Origin: Saccostrea cucullata
Taxonomy: Eukaryota
Direction of reading: 5' to 3'
NCBI RefSeq assembly: GCF_032062105.1
Contig: NW_026920665.1
Coordinates: 62,001-126,000, forward strand
Length of the DNA stretch: 64,000 nt
Position numbers and translations under genes: made by a program. Positions within the stretch are counted from its first letter, which is position 1. Each line of letters starts with the position of its first letter. Below are positions 50,806 through 63,960 of the stretch, one piece after another. The notes below the pieces were generated by a model that saw only the letters and a program-made list of their open reading frames with translations, was not told the origin of the DNA and ran no database searches.

Positions 50806-52240
50806 ATGAGCGACAACGGAGGATCAAATGTCGAGGAGAGCGACGAAGCCGATGATTTTCTTGATTACGATGCGGTTCTACGATGTCATATTTGTCATCA
50901 CCTTTTCCGGAAGCCTCGGATTTTGCCATGCGGTCACACGTTCTGTGAGGAGTGTTTGATTCAGCTGAGGGATAAAACTGCAAGGGAGTGGCGGATGAAG
51001 TTCCCCCTAAACAACAAACGAGGAGATGGGGGGACACTCCATTGTCAGATTCCTGGATGCCAATATTCAATGAAGCTAATGAATTTGACACGTTGGGCGC
51101 CGAGGAACAGAGTTGCATCTGAAGCAATAAAGGTGTTGAAACGAAACAGTTTTGCACAAATGGTAAGATATTGATTCCAACTTATACAATGATAACAAAA
51201 ATTGCATTAACTTTATCACATACAAGGTATTCTTATTTTGTCAAAACATACATATATTCTTGTCCATGTACCGAAAAAGGCATCATATAAACTAAAAAGA
51301 TAGATTTCTTGTTTTTGGATAGGCATAGTGATAGACATATAATTCCCATGAATGTATAGTCAATCTGATTCACTTTACCGCAAGTCTGCAAATGCAAATG
51401 AATAATGTATGTAGTGAACTCTACTATTGATCACTTTATATCAGTGTCTGTTTGAAATACTTCTTTTTGCATAATCGTAATGACACACGTAATAACATAC
51501 AAAACGCATGCAAATGCTCGTACTGATTGACACATGAGAGCAAAAGTATGCATTATTGTCATGACATCACTGATTAACACTGATTAACAAACACAAAAAT
51601 TAATTCAACAAGATTTCTGTATCGATAGATCAACTCAAATTAATAGTAAAGGTTTACCCTAGATGAGGGTTTGGTTACTAGTAATTAATTTTGAGTTTTG
51701 GCTGTAAACTACACATTGTTTTATAAATCAAGCGTACTTAATATACATATAATGTATTTAAACGCTTTATATTAAAACTTTGCATCGCGAATTATGAGAG
51801 TATTCATAAAAAGAAACCACTAAATACAAAGTTTCCATTTGTAGGGTCCTACCAAAAGAATATCTGAAAACTCCTTAGATATGCTTGACTGTCATTCAAA
51901 TCATTATGGAAAGACGCGTAGAAACCTCTGTATTACGACAGGGGAAGGTGGTAATGCAGAAATTGTCAGCAAAGTAGCCTATACAAATCATCGTTATAAT
52001 AAATTTGCAATTGCCATGCAGTTACGTCATACTACACTTAATGGTGCCCCTCCACCAGGATACACCGATAATGTTGACGGAAAATCTTTCTGCACCAATG
52101 CTATTTATGACGCTATAATACAGAGTGGATTTGGATCGGCAAAAATGATACATGTTCCACCAAAGGCTGTCCAAGGATGGAGATCTTTTGCAGTTGTCTT
52201 TGGCATCCAAGCTATTGGTGAATGCTTCTCCTTTCAGTAA
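50806..52240 (+). CDS. RING-HC (C3HC4, TRIM-like) finger protein, ~250 aa, 2 exons; 3' end uncertain
   Basis: Exon 50806-51162 encodes CHIC-x11-CGHTFCEEC...CQIPGC and ends at ATG|gtaaga. Acceptor ttgtag| at 51845 is in phase with the 51881-52240 ORF. No B-box seen. Alternative start at 50773. Confidence 0.7.
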
Positions 52241-52815
52241 GATTTCAATCTTAAAATCTATTATGTTCGTTACTTCTGCGAGTGAAAGGAAAAATGAATG
52301 AAGTCTTCTGGAAAAGATTTTATTTTCATTGTGGATTTTCGCTATTGTCTTATTTATCATAAGAACACCACAGAAGGAATTTCGCTCCATAATGAAAATA
52401 AAAATTCGACATTTTTCGTGACGAAGATTTAAGAAGCTGTGATATATTGTTATGATGCTTGTTATTAATGTTTCATTTATTACTTAATAAAGCGGTGTAA
52501 AGGATATTTAGTTTTTGTGGATATGTTTTATAAATATGAAGTCGACTTGGAACCAGCCTTCGTTGAATTTTTAAGGGATTGATAATGATAAATTATTATT
52601 ACCTGTGTCAAGGCCTTTACGATTCTTTTTTTTTTTTTTTTACTCTCTGACCTTGGACGTTTTGGCATAATTTTCATAAAATTTAATATGGTAAAATTTT
52701 GCACGAGAGAAGGATGGGCTTTCACAGTTCATATGTACATCATCATAGACATCACTACTATCACAACCTCAAGGCCTCAGTTTGACCTACTATAGTACTT
52801 CTTCAATCGCTTGGA

Positions 52816-53038
52816 NNNNNNNNNNNNNNNNNNNNNNNNNNNNNNNNNNNNNNNNNNNNNNNNNNNNNNNNNNNNNNNNNNNNNNNNNNNNNNNNNNNNN
52901 NNNNNNNNNNNNNNNNNNNNNNNNNNNNNNNNNNNNNNNNNNNNNNNNNNNNNNNNNNNNNNNNNNNNNNNNNNNNNNNNNNNNNNNNNNNNNNNNNNNN
53001 NNNNNNNNNNNNNNNNNNNNNNNNNNNNNNNNNNNNNN
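52816..53038. other. Assembly gap (223 N)
   Basis: Run of n characters. Confidence 1.
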
Positions 53039-54105
53039 TGACCTTTTCCAGTGCTAGCTGCAGAACTGTATCGTTATGGTTTCATATATTAGTCTTTGAC
53101 CATAACGTCTCAGAGGAAAGTAGCAAATCAGAAATCTTTGGCTAGCGAAGATATGTAATACACAGTGTACTAAGATTTTTTTTATACCGTAGGACCGAAT
53201 TCAGTTTAACTTTCAAGAACTGTTTATATCTTGGCCATACAAGAAACTTCTGCACCAGAACAAGGGACTTTCAAAATGTAAAAATTTTACATCATGGTCA
53301 TTAATGAACAGACTACACAATTTAAAGGTGACATAAACCATTGCATCCATAAGACCCTGAACTAAGTCTCATATCATTATCATTTATCAATTTCTTTTAA
53401 TGAACCATTGCAAAAGACATTGGTAAATTCAATTTTATTATCCAGCAGTAATATAACAGATTACAACATGCTGCCATAGTAACCAATATAGCAATAAAAG
53501 ACTATAACTAACATACAACAGCAAAGTAAAAAAAATACCAGGTCAAATGTGTCTTCTATTCATCATTACTGAAATTATCAGAGGGAAATCTGCATCTTTG
53601 TATGAACTTTTTAAAATACTGTATATGATTTTAGCAGTATAAAATGTGTACTTAATTTTTAACCAAAAAAAGTATGATTAAATCAGTTTTTGTAACTGCA
53701 AATCCTGAAATTAAACATTTTACTTTGTTATTTTACAATTGAACAATGGAGCAGTTTTCAGTACTATAGGAAACACATTTGACATGGTCCTTAAGTAAAG
53801 GTAAAGCTTGCCTTTAGCTGTCAAAAAAAAATGATAACACTTCTGGTATAGTAGAAAAAACACAGTATAAAAGTAGCTTTTGAAACTGATTACAGTACAT
53901 ATGCTTAAGAATAAAGCTAAGCCCTGGCGCACAGGGGGAAAATTATGTCAATATATAAAGCTCCTCTTTAAGGTAAATTATGAAAGTACAAAATGTCAAC
54001 CAACAAAAACAAACAAATGAAACAAAGAATTATGTTCCGTAATCACACAGTTTTAACATAAACTCTTTCTAGGAAAATATATCAAAGCTGCAGTTTATGG
54101 ACCAG

Positions 54106-54324
54106 GCCCCGGGATCATGAAACAGACTTCGACTTAAGTCAAAATTTCAAATTACTATAAAATCTTTAAAACTTGTTAAAGGAAACTCATAATTTGCATA
54201 CAACAGCAGACTGATGATACAAAATCGGAGAGCATTTTCATTTTGGGCTGCTTGACCTCTAAAGAAATTTCAGCATCTAAGACATTTTTTGACTTAAGCT
54301 TAAGATGCTTCATGATCCCGGGGC
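54106..54324. mobile_element. MITE with a probable 3-bp CAG TSD (PIF/Harbinger-like)
   Basis: cag|gccccgggatcatgaa ... ttcatgatcccggggc|cag. Confidence 0.75.
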
Positions 54325-55500
54325 CAGATGAATGTTCCTTGATCTATAAATTTCTTTTCTTTTCTTTTCAGAATGGAGGTAGACAAGTGCTTCTAAAGCA
54401 AAACATTCTATATACCCCATTTCATACTCAGTTTTAAAGAATGGAAAAACTGATTTGAATGTTTTGTTTCTTTTTTACAAAACTTCTTAAATACCCTAAA
54501 ACCGAGCTTCAGTAAAAAAATGAAATGTCATGGCAAAAACTTATATATTTAATGTAGATAAAACAGAAAAAGATTTTGAAACATACATGGAACTGTCCAC
54601 TTTATTGAAAAGGAGCTGTACCTAGTGATTTCTATCAATCACTTCTATTTAAAATACATATATTTTTAAAGTCCTGAAAGTGGAAATGTTCATATAACAT
54701 TTTATGTTTAATTGAAATGTTTGGTTCCCCCTCCCCAATAATTAACAAAAAAGATTTTTTAAAAAGAGAGAGCGTGATTAAATTTGTGTTGCATGTAATA
54801 TACTAAATTCAAAATTGCAACAATAAATCTTTACATTTTCCACTAAATGATATTTCATAGTGTCTGTAATGGAATCATAAAAGTGTGAAATGCAGATATT
54901 TTGAAAAAAAAAATATTTTTGTTCAAAATTCAATAGAAAAAACAAATCCTTCAAAAAAATTAATTAAGCAGAATTTGATTCATCCCTTCTCTAGCTTTTG
55001 CTTCTGCGCATCAATTGTAAAAAAGACATAATGAATCACTTTACAGAAATAAAGCACATGCATTATTATAAATGTATCCACAAGCAAAAAATTATATTTT
55101 TTCCCTAATAATTCTACTAGCATGAACATTTCTGTGCATTACATGCATATGAATGAAGAATTAAGAACTTTAAGATTCCATGAAGTACAAGTAGGCACAA
55201 TCTTTGAGAGAGACATATGATAAGAAAAATATTGTTGGTAAGCTTTCAAATGAAGAAATACTGGTACATACAAACATTACCATAACACTAAAAACCACTA
55301 AAAACTTGTATAAAATGCAAAGAAAAAAAACAAAAACAAAACATACATGATTATAAGCACCAGAAAATGAAGCTAACATATACAAAATACACATGTATAC
55401 ACCCTTAAAAATTATTTGTCTTAACAAACCATTTGCTTTTGGGATGGATTGTATAAGTACATGTAAGTTTTTGTACATATAAAAAATTCTTATTCCTTAA

Positions 55501-57183
55501 GGTAGGTCGCGGGTTTGCTTTTGTCATCAATTTTGGTACACAATTTCGACGATTCGAGCGGCTGTTTTGTGCACATTTGATTATGACGTCAGTTACGTCA
55601 CAAAGGCAACGTTGCGTTGTTTCCCGTTTTATTCTCTGCAAATGACTTCAAGTCTGTACGAATCAAGTATACTGTGCATGCTATTGTACGCAAACCTCGT
55701 ACATGTTTTATAATTGAATTTCAGTCTGAATTCTGATGTAATTATAAGTAATGTCTTAAGACAAATTAAATAAAATACCAAATGAAAGGAATGATTTATA
55801 TTGTAAGTGTTACCAAACTGCTAAAAGTCAATCAGAATAAGTCGGCATAAAGTTACGGTATGCAGAAAAAAGTTATCATAAATAAAAATTGTTTAGCGTA
55901 AACTTGCATGAGAGGTTGTATTTTCGCACGTTATTTGCAAATCAGGGGAACATACGTACTGCAGCACGATTGGCAATCAAACCGGGGGCGAAAATAAGCG
56001 TATTATTTTAGGATGGAATCAATCAACACTACAAACGCGTTAAAGTTAATAATATGTATTTTCCTGGGTTTTTTTTTTTCATTATTATCATCATTTTTAT
56101 TATTTGGTTATCATGTATTTAACAAATTTATTCTAACACCTGGACCATAAGATCTATATGACACTGTAACAATTCACAAGTATTTTTTTTTTCTATATTT
56201 AGAAAAAATTAAAACAAAAGCTCTAAGTGTAAAAGCTAAATGCAAGTGCTTTACATTTTGCGCATGGAAATTTGAATAAGAGAATTCGAAATTAACAAAT
56301 GTTTGAGTGTTAGGCCCATATACTGGCTTGCGACTAATATAGAAGAACATTGCAAGTAACCCCCCCCCCCCCCTGCTAATTTCCCCAGTTTCTGGATGTT
56401 TTTTCGTCACGGTCGAATAAAGTGATCAAATTTATGTGTTAAGACTGAAATCCTATTGACCATGAATTTACTAAAAATAGAGGAACTAATATTTATCACT
56501 TGCGTTGTCGCTGCATGTTAATTCTCATGCACGAGGAATGTTTATACTGTTCATTCATACTTTGTGAGCAGAATATGAATTTCACAATACTAGTGAAAAG
56601 ACTAGTAAGTTGCTGCTCTTCCTAGTAGCTCTCTGCAATAAGTTAAATGATGAATAAAATTAAAATTTGCATTGATGTCACCTTCTAAAGCTCTCTTATT
56701 CCAAATGTCAAGATATTTATACTCGTACTTTAAACGTGAACTGCGTTCAACAAATGACGTTGTAGACATAAATAACGCCATAAACGCAACATTTTAGCAA
56801 TATAAAAACAAACTTTGAAATTATATAGCGAAAAATCTAGCGAGAAGACATATTGATTTTTTTATATCAATAGTTTTAATTTTACCTCATCTTGACATTT
56901 TGAAATTCCTGACTAATTCGCCTACGTCTTTAAAAAGTTATCCAACCTTTTTAAAAGAAACTATTTTCACAAAATTGTCTTAAAAACGTCATTTTCCCAT
57001 ACATTTCAATAGTAAAGCGTAAAAAAAGTACTAACAACAATACCGCGTTTCAAGTAATATAGCATTAAAACTACGTAGGCAAATTTCATAAAAATTGTAG
57101 ATAATACGCTGTAAATTTCAAGGAACATTTTTCAGGATATGTTTTCTCATAAAAATTTTTATGCAGTAAACCCGCGACCTACC
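55501..57183. mobile_element. 1.7-kb non-autonomous DNA transposon with TTAA TSD and purine-purine termini (Kolobok-like)
   Basis: ttaa|ggtaggtcgcgggttt ... aaacccgcgacctacc|ttaa, a perfect 16-bp TIR. No transposase ORF inside. Confidence 0.85.
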
Positions 57184-59498
57184 TTAACATATTTAATACA
57201 GTGGTATTGATTTCATGAAGTTTACAGAAATTTTAATAAAAAAAATAACACAATATTTCCTCCCTCCTACCCCCCTTCCAAGAAAAAAAAAGGTTTAGAA
57301 ATTGTTTCAGTTAAGGAGACTCTAAACATGAATGAATATTTTTGACATTGAAAATTTTTAAAAGTTGTACAAATTAGAGTTATATTATTTATATTCAACA
57401 TCTGGGGTTTATCCCTATTTCAATAAGAAAAATGTTCCAAGAGAATGAAGCATTAGTGATCTTGAGGAATGAATGCTGTTTAATAGATATTGGGAATCTC
57501 CATGTAAATACATGTACACTATTCAATTAGATTCTCTTGGTCGAATAAAAAAATTAAAGAATTCATTGTGCAGTGTTAAGAACCTTCTTATTTCAAAACA
57601 AAATTGGGCAGAAATCATATTAACTGGCCACAAGAACTATAATAAGTAAACATAACTATGGCTTTTGTTTGGGTATTGCACAAACACTGGACAAAGAACA
57701 TATACTAATAGTACATTAAATGCATAACAATATTTAAAAAAAAAACAAAAAACAATAATATAATTTTTTCATTACACATGGAAAAAGAAAACAAACAACC
57801 TATCCCCCCTAATAACATTTTGATTTAATAAACCTTTATGCACACTAGTATAGATGTAATAATCATGAATTGAGAATTCTCGTACTCAATCAGAAACAAT
57901 CTCAAATGATTTGATCAAGCATAGAGAAATGTTGTTACCCTTTCAACAAAGCATTTGCATTTCAATTACCATCTAATCTATGAATATGTATGCATGCATA
58001 TTTTAATGGATATACATATGTACAGATTATACCAAAACAAATATTCATGAGTTTTTATATTGGTAAAAAATAATTTCATCATGCAAAATTGGTAAACACA
58101 AAATTTTTACCCAAATTCAGAGGAAATTTGTTCATGTTCATATAGGTAGGAAATAGTAAGTTCAAAAGACTGTTTTTAAAAAAGTCTTCCAGAGAGCCCT
58201 GTTCTTCGACTTTTTAAAAGATATCTTTGCTTATTTTTTGTACTTTACCCTTGGCTTTCCAAATCAAAAATGTGTCACTTAGTATATGGTATCTTTAATA
58301 ATACGATTTTTCCATAACTATTTATAGGCAATTTTATTATTTCATTTGAAATTAACACATTGGGACTTCTAAATGACAACTAATTAAAACTCTATCAAGA
58401 CACACCCACTATGTAAGTCTATTTTCAATTAAGTACATTTTACTGATAGAAAAATGCAGAGCAAAAAATGAATTTAAGATCTTGTCAATGAAATAAAGTC
58501 AAAGTGATGAAAATTTTCAGCTGCCACAATATTTTCTCAATAAAAAAATCTAGATTTTTGAATGATACGTGCATATTGCTTCAACCGGGTTTGGTAAATT
58601 TATATCATGTTACTCTTATAAAAATGCTTGCTTTGGTAGTCTAATTATGGTTTGGTAAGTAAAGAAAGGGTCAATGATATGTAAAGGTAAAATGTGTACT
58701 CTCGCTTTTTAGAAGAATTCTGATGCATGTTCTCCGAGTTATCCTAGTTTCTGAAACTATTCGTCACATGGATATAAATTATTATAGAATGTCAGTCTAC
58801 ATAAAGCATGTTCAATCTAACCTATACCCTAATGATATATATTCTTTCTACTAAAAATCTGCAGAATAAACACATGATAAATATCTTGTACACATTATCA
58901 TGCTGTTTAAACAAAACTATAACATGATAAAGCTCAATAAGTAATGGCTAATCAAGCTAGCTTAAATTATACGTAAATTGCATGGATATGAAAATGTTTA
59001 AATTCAGTTCTATGAACTCCTATAACATACAAAAATAAATCAAAACACATACAAGTACCTGTAACATGTGATGAAGCTATTTTGCCAGAGTGTACTTAAT
59101 ATATAACCATTGTATAAACATGCAAGATATTTCCCCAGAAATGCAAAAAAAAAAAAGAAAAAAAATTAAGAAATATTGCATAATTAGTAAATAAAGTTTT
59201 GTTCAGTATCAGTACATGGCAATGATAAGTTATAAAATAAATCTAGAGATCTTTATTACATCAAGTGAAACAAAAGGGAAGCTACTCTTGTGAAAATCTG
59301 TGCACTGAGATCAAAAACTTGAGTAAAAAAAAATAATGAACTGAACAAAACATTTGTACATTCACAATACAACAAACTGAAGTGCAAAATGCTTCCAATA
59401 TAATTACTTTGTTGTTCAATATGTTTTGATAATAATTACTAATTCTTGTCCTTAGTGTCCTAGAAAAATTCAAAGTTAAACATTTGTGAAAAACTTTT

Positions 59499-61600
59499 TC
59501 AGCACTGATGTCCTCTCATAATATGAGAATAGAAACCATATTTGTTACCACACTGTTTGCCACAGACATTACACACGAACGGGTCAGTGTGGCTATGGCA
59601 ACCTACATGAATGTAATACAGAACTTCATCTTCAAATGATATGCCGCAATGGTGACAGCGATTGGCTGACTGCAAACTTGACCCTGTGTCATTGGTTGAT
59701 GACCTTTGATGTTGTGGCAGGTGCCCTAGTTCACACTGCACACCTTGGTCTGTTACAGAAACGAAAGAGTCAAAGCAAGCCTCTGTCTTAATGTGTGGAA
59801 GATTGCACTGAATTCCCCTGTTTTGAATTTCTATTTTCACCGTGGTGTTGACACTGTTAGACCGCCCCTCCGCCTGAGATGAACTGGTTGATTCCGCTGA
59901 ATTTGCCCTGACAGAAGTAGATGCCTCATTACTATCTAATCCCATAAGATTCTTCTGATGCTGCAGACGATATGATGATAGACTTCCTAGACTGTCAGGG
60001 AAACCCTGCTGGCGATTTGAAATCACTGAACTGGAAACGTCTGGGGTGTCTTCACGCTCAGGCGGTTCCACTTTAATTTTAACTGGGTGGCCCCTGCCAT
60101 CCGACACTAAAGTGGGTTGGGCTACACTGACATGAGGATGGTCTCGTCCTGAGGGGCTAAGATAGTACCCAGATGATGTAATAGTGCTGCTGGGGGGTAC
60201 TCTCTGAGGTGGGTGAGTATTCATTATTGATGAAACAATTGAGCGTAGGTAATTAGAGGCCAGGTGATTTTCCTCATTGGCCTGTTGCCTCATGGGTGTC
60301 ACATAGCTTCCAAACTGTGTCTGAAGTCCCTGTGTCTGAGCAGTATATGTTTGGTGTTGAAAGTTCACTGTAGGAACCTGATGGTGGATTCCTGTCAGCA
60401 GAGAATGGAGGGCATTTGATGCCGAGAAGTTCCCACTTCCTGTCGTGTGCCGTAGGTTCTGACCTCCGAGATCCGGTTGATTGATTCCGTAGTGAGCATC
60501 TGGATAATTGGCTGGTGGGTAGGTGCTGTGTGTGGGTAGAGAGTATGGAAGATTTGGACCAAGGTGTTCATTGTGCACCTGCACAAAGTGTTCTCGAAAT
60601 TTTCGAGGCAGTATGGTTGAGAATGAGCACTTCCCACACTTGAGAACATTGACGGGATTGTTTCCAACATGGAGTCTACGATGGCGACGGAAGTTACTCT
60701 TGTCATTGGTGGTATAGTCACAGAGGTGACATTTCAGTGCCTTTACACCTGAAAAGATATTAAAGTGAAACTTAATAGTCTGTTATTTGCTTTTAAATGT
60801 TGTAATTAAAATAAATATCAACACAAAATTATGTGACACACTTCCCTAATTACCTTTCACTTCACTGTTAGTCAATTTCGACTTAATGTAAAAAAAAAAT
60901 CGCTAAAAATATACCTAATACATCAAATATATCAAGTAAACACTGTGATATACATGTGTCCATGTTACTCCAAAGGGATTAGCTTCTTACCTCCATGCTT
61001 TGGCATGTGTAACTGCAGCTGTGTGTAGGTTGAGGTACAAAAGCTACAAAGTCTACATTTATAAACGTTGGTCATCACTGGGTCCATAGGGGAAGACTCC
61101 GGTGAGGAATCAGGTAACAGGTACGTCGCATCCTTCCCATAATCCATCATGTCAGGCTGCATACTGTCAATCTGGGAATTCCCCTGTCCAACACCAAGAC
61201 CATCAGAGTTTTGTTGCACATCAGACACGGGTGGTGATTGACTGTGATTGGACGATCCAAAACTTCTAACATCTCTGCTCACCAGCGAGTTTTGATGCGG
61301 GGAGTGTCGGTGTTTACCGCCGTGATCTGGAACAGAAAGGTTTAGGGCACTTGAAGGTGTCTCTCGGTCAATTATTGCCATGTCACGCTGAGCCATGGAG
61401 CTGGCAAGAAGAAGTCTAGCCATTGCACTGTCACTGCTGGGCTCCTCAAGCCTTGATCCCAGAATGAGGCTAGGGGTATCCCGACTTTGTTGACTTTCTT
61501 GAGGGACATCTTCAGATGCTCTGTCGTCTTCATTCTGACTGCCTTCAGTTTTCACATCATCATGACTATCAATTTTTCCACTGTCTGGTTCTTCTGCCAT
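59499..61600 (-). CDS. Ikaros/Pegasus/Hunchback-family C2H2 zinc-finger transcription factor, ~619 aa, 2 coding exons
   Basis: Exons 61600-60991 and 60748-59499. Three central fingers: YKCRLC...LHMPKH, LKCHLC...RHRRLH, LKCGKC...EHFVQVH. The C-terminal pair CHHCGISFEDEVLYYIHVGCH-SHTDPFVCNVCGKQCGNKYGFYSHIMRGH matches the Ikaros-family dimerisation fingers. Confidence 0.92.
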
Positions 61601-62389
61601 TACCTACTGCAGTAAAATAAATAAAATGAAGATTAACCACACTTTATATATAATATGTTGTTTAAAATTAAACCAGAGAAATAATCACATAGATTCACAA
61701 CTGTTTGGAATCTCGTAATATCTTGCAGTCCCTGTCGTTTCCTTTTTTCCAAATCTTGCCCTTGCTAAAACACACCAATCTTGAAAACTATTAGTCTTTC
61801 CCCTAATCATGATAATTTCAGCTAATGCATCATGCAGTCAGCTGTCATCTTCATTACTAGATATCATAGAATGTTCATGTTTTATTGTTAAAATGATATT
61901 GTACTATGGATCAGATATAACAAATAGAATTAGTTCCGTGTATTGGTAATGTAGCAAAATACATAGGCTATATAACTGGTTCCAACTTAATGCATTTACT
62001 ATGTATAACCCAGAGAGTTCCGGATTTAAACATGGCTGGTAAATTTAAAGCGAGAAAAACATTGAAAAAAAGTTTGATTTTCATCTATAAATGGATTTAT
62101 CTTTTGGGATAAAAGGCATATAAAATCTCATAAAGGTTTGTTTTTGATAAATTGGTAGTTAATTTTACACAACATTTGTATTCTTCAAAACTATGTCAGA
62201 GCGGATCCCCTTTGATTTGCTACATTGCAAGCATACAGGACATATTCTAACTGTGGCTTGTCCCGAAACACAGATTTTTCTAAATACCTTAAGACCATTT
62301 GTAAAATTTTGTTATCATTGTCTTTCATTCTCGGTGAAAGTCTTTATTATCGGTAATCATGCTCAGAAAGTGTTCAAAATACAGTGTAA

Positions 62390-63068
62390 AACAAGGAATC
62401 TGTGAGCGAATGCTCACTAGTAATACCCCCGCTCTGATACGAATGTATGCTTTTATGTGAATAATTATACACGTGTTAAGTTAATGAAATGTAACTTTTT
62501 AAGTATTTATTTTCATTTAAGGTAAATTCTTTATCATCATTAAAGTTTATGCAGAAAGTATCTGTAAAAATACATAGAAACCAAAGCATCTTGTTAGAAC
62601 TATATATATATACCGATATTGTGCTGAGAAAAATGCGACGAAAATTTGTTATGTATAAAACAGACAGACGGACGGATAAACAGGAAGTTGACATTGGATT
62701 TGAACAAAAATGAATCCCACCGTATGACATGCCTTGGCAAAGATTGTGCTAAAATTTCAGTCATCTGCGATGAACGGTTGCTGAGAAAAATGCGACGAAA
62801 ATTTGTTATGTATAAAACAGACAGACGGACGGATAAACAGGAAGTTGACATCAGATTTGAACAAAAATGAATCCCACCGTATGACATGCCTTGGCAAAGA
62901 TTGTGCTAAAATTTCAGTCATCTGCGATGAACAGTTGCTGAGAAAAATGCGACGAAAATTTGTTACGGACGGACAGACGGACGGACAGCTGGACAGACAG
63001 ACAGACAGACAGACAGACACACAAGGATAAAACAGTATACCCCCCACTCCTTTGGAGCGGGGGTATAA
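62390..63068 (-). mobile_element. Helentron/HINE-like element with a 157-bp tandem array
   Basis: subTIR atacccccgctc (~62423) versus gagcggggg tat (~63055). 3' hairpin gtgagcgaatgctcac. (GACA/GACG)n at 62966-63020. The anchor gctgagaaaaatgcgacg recurs at 62623, 62780, 62937. Confidence 0.85.
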
Positions 63069-63260
63069 TAAAAATTATAATGCAGTTCATTGAATTTATT
63101 GTCTTGTATACCTTAGAAGAATTAAATAAAATATTTTGAATTTTTTATGTAAAAAAAAAAAATGATCGTTTTGGAGAAAACATGAATAAACAGTGTATTA
63201 TTTAAAATTGGAATTATTTTGATTATTGGAATTTGGGGTTTTCAAGAAAAAATCCCTTAG

Positions 63261-63440
63261 TTAGACTAACTTAGACAACTAACAAGAATTTCCTTTGCAT
63301 TTTGTGTTATTATTTGACTAACTTAGACAACTAACAAGAATTTCCACTGCAAATTGTTTTAGTTTGACTAACTTAGTCAACTAACAAGAATTTCCATTGC
63401 AAATTGTCTTAGTATTTGACTAACTTAGTCAACTAACATG
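63261..63440. repeat. ~50-bp minisatellite, 4 copies
   Basis: gactaacttag(a/t)caactaacaagaatttcc repeated at about 63264, 63316, 63366 and 63418. Confidence 0.85.
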
Positions 63441-63619
63441 AACATTTCTATTAAAATCTAGTTTAGTTAATAATTTTAGAATATAAGTTTTTTTTCTATT
63501 TATTTTATAATTATCTTGTTTTAAATCATTTTATTTGTTTCTGGAATGTTGTTTGTGCTGGTGTTCTTTTTTTTTTTAATTTTGCATGCATTTTATTTTT
63601 TGGACTTTGCCTAAAGTCA

Positions 63620-63960
63620 AGGCTTAGTCAGTTTTTTGTCAGTCTCAGCAGGGTTAGTTAGCGCACGCGTAAATGGGGTTAGTCATGCCAGGCACAACTA
63701 ACCCCCTACTGCGCATGCCTGGCTACTTTCTAATCGTAGATTTTGATTAAAAACGTTCAAATTAATATCCCATCGTGAATAATGTTCAGTAAATACTCTC
63801 AAAAGATTCCAGAATCCTCACCAGCTTGCGTAAATTTCGTAATTCGTAACGTAGTTCACACTCAGACGCCGAGGGAAGATCGTGTCGTTTCGTTGTTTCC
63901 AATTTTTCACTAACCTTGCAGTTTGCATTCGAAAAATCCCATCCTTCGTGTCAACATTGC
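63620..63960 (-). promoter_or_regulatory. Putative non-coding first exon / promoter-proximal region of the Ikaros-like gene
   Basis: CpG-rich patch with a minus-strand donor ctg|gtgagg at 63822/63821 and NRF1-like tgcgcatgc at 63710-63718. A matching acceptor (cagtag) lies just upstream of ATG 61600. Confidence 0.45.

Noticed and set aside
50651-51157. 168-aa minus-strand ORF
   Set aside because: It is antisense to the RING exon, has a non-ATG start and shows no recognisable features.
52782-53057. ORFs made of X residues
   Set aside because: Artefacts of the N gap.
62476-63047. Overlapping repeated ORFs on both strands
   Set aside because: They are translations of the 157-bp tandem unit and microsatellite of a non-autonomous element.
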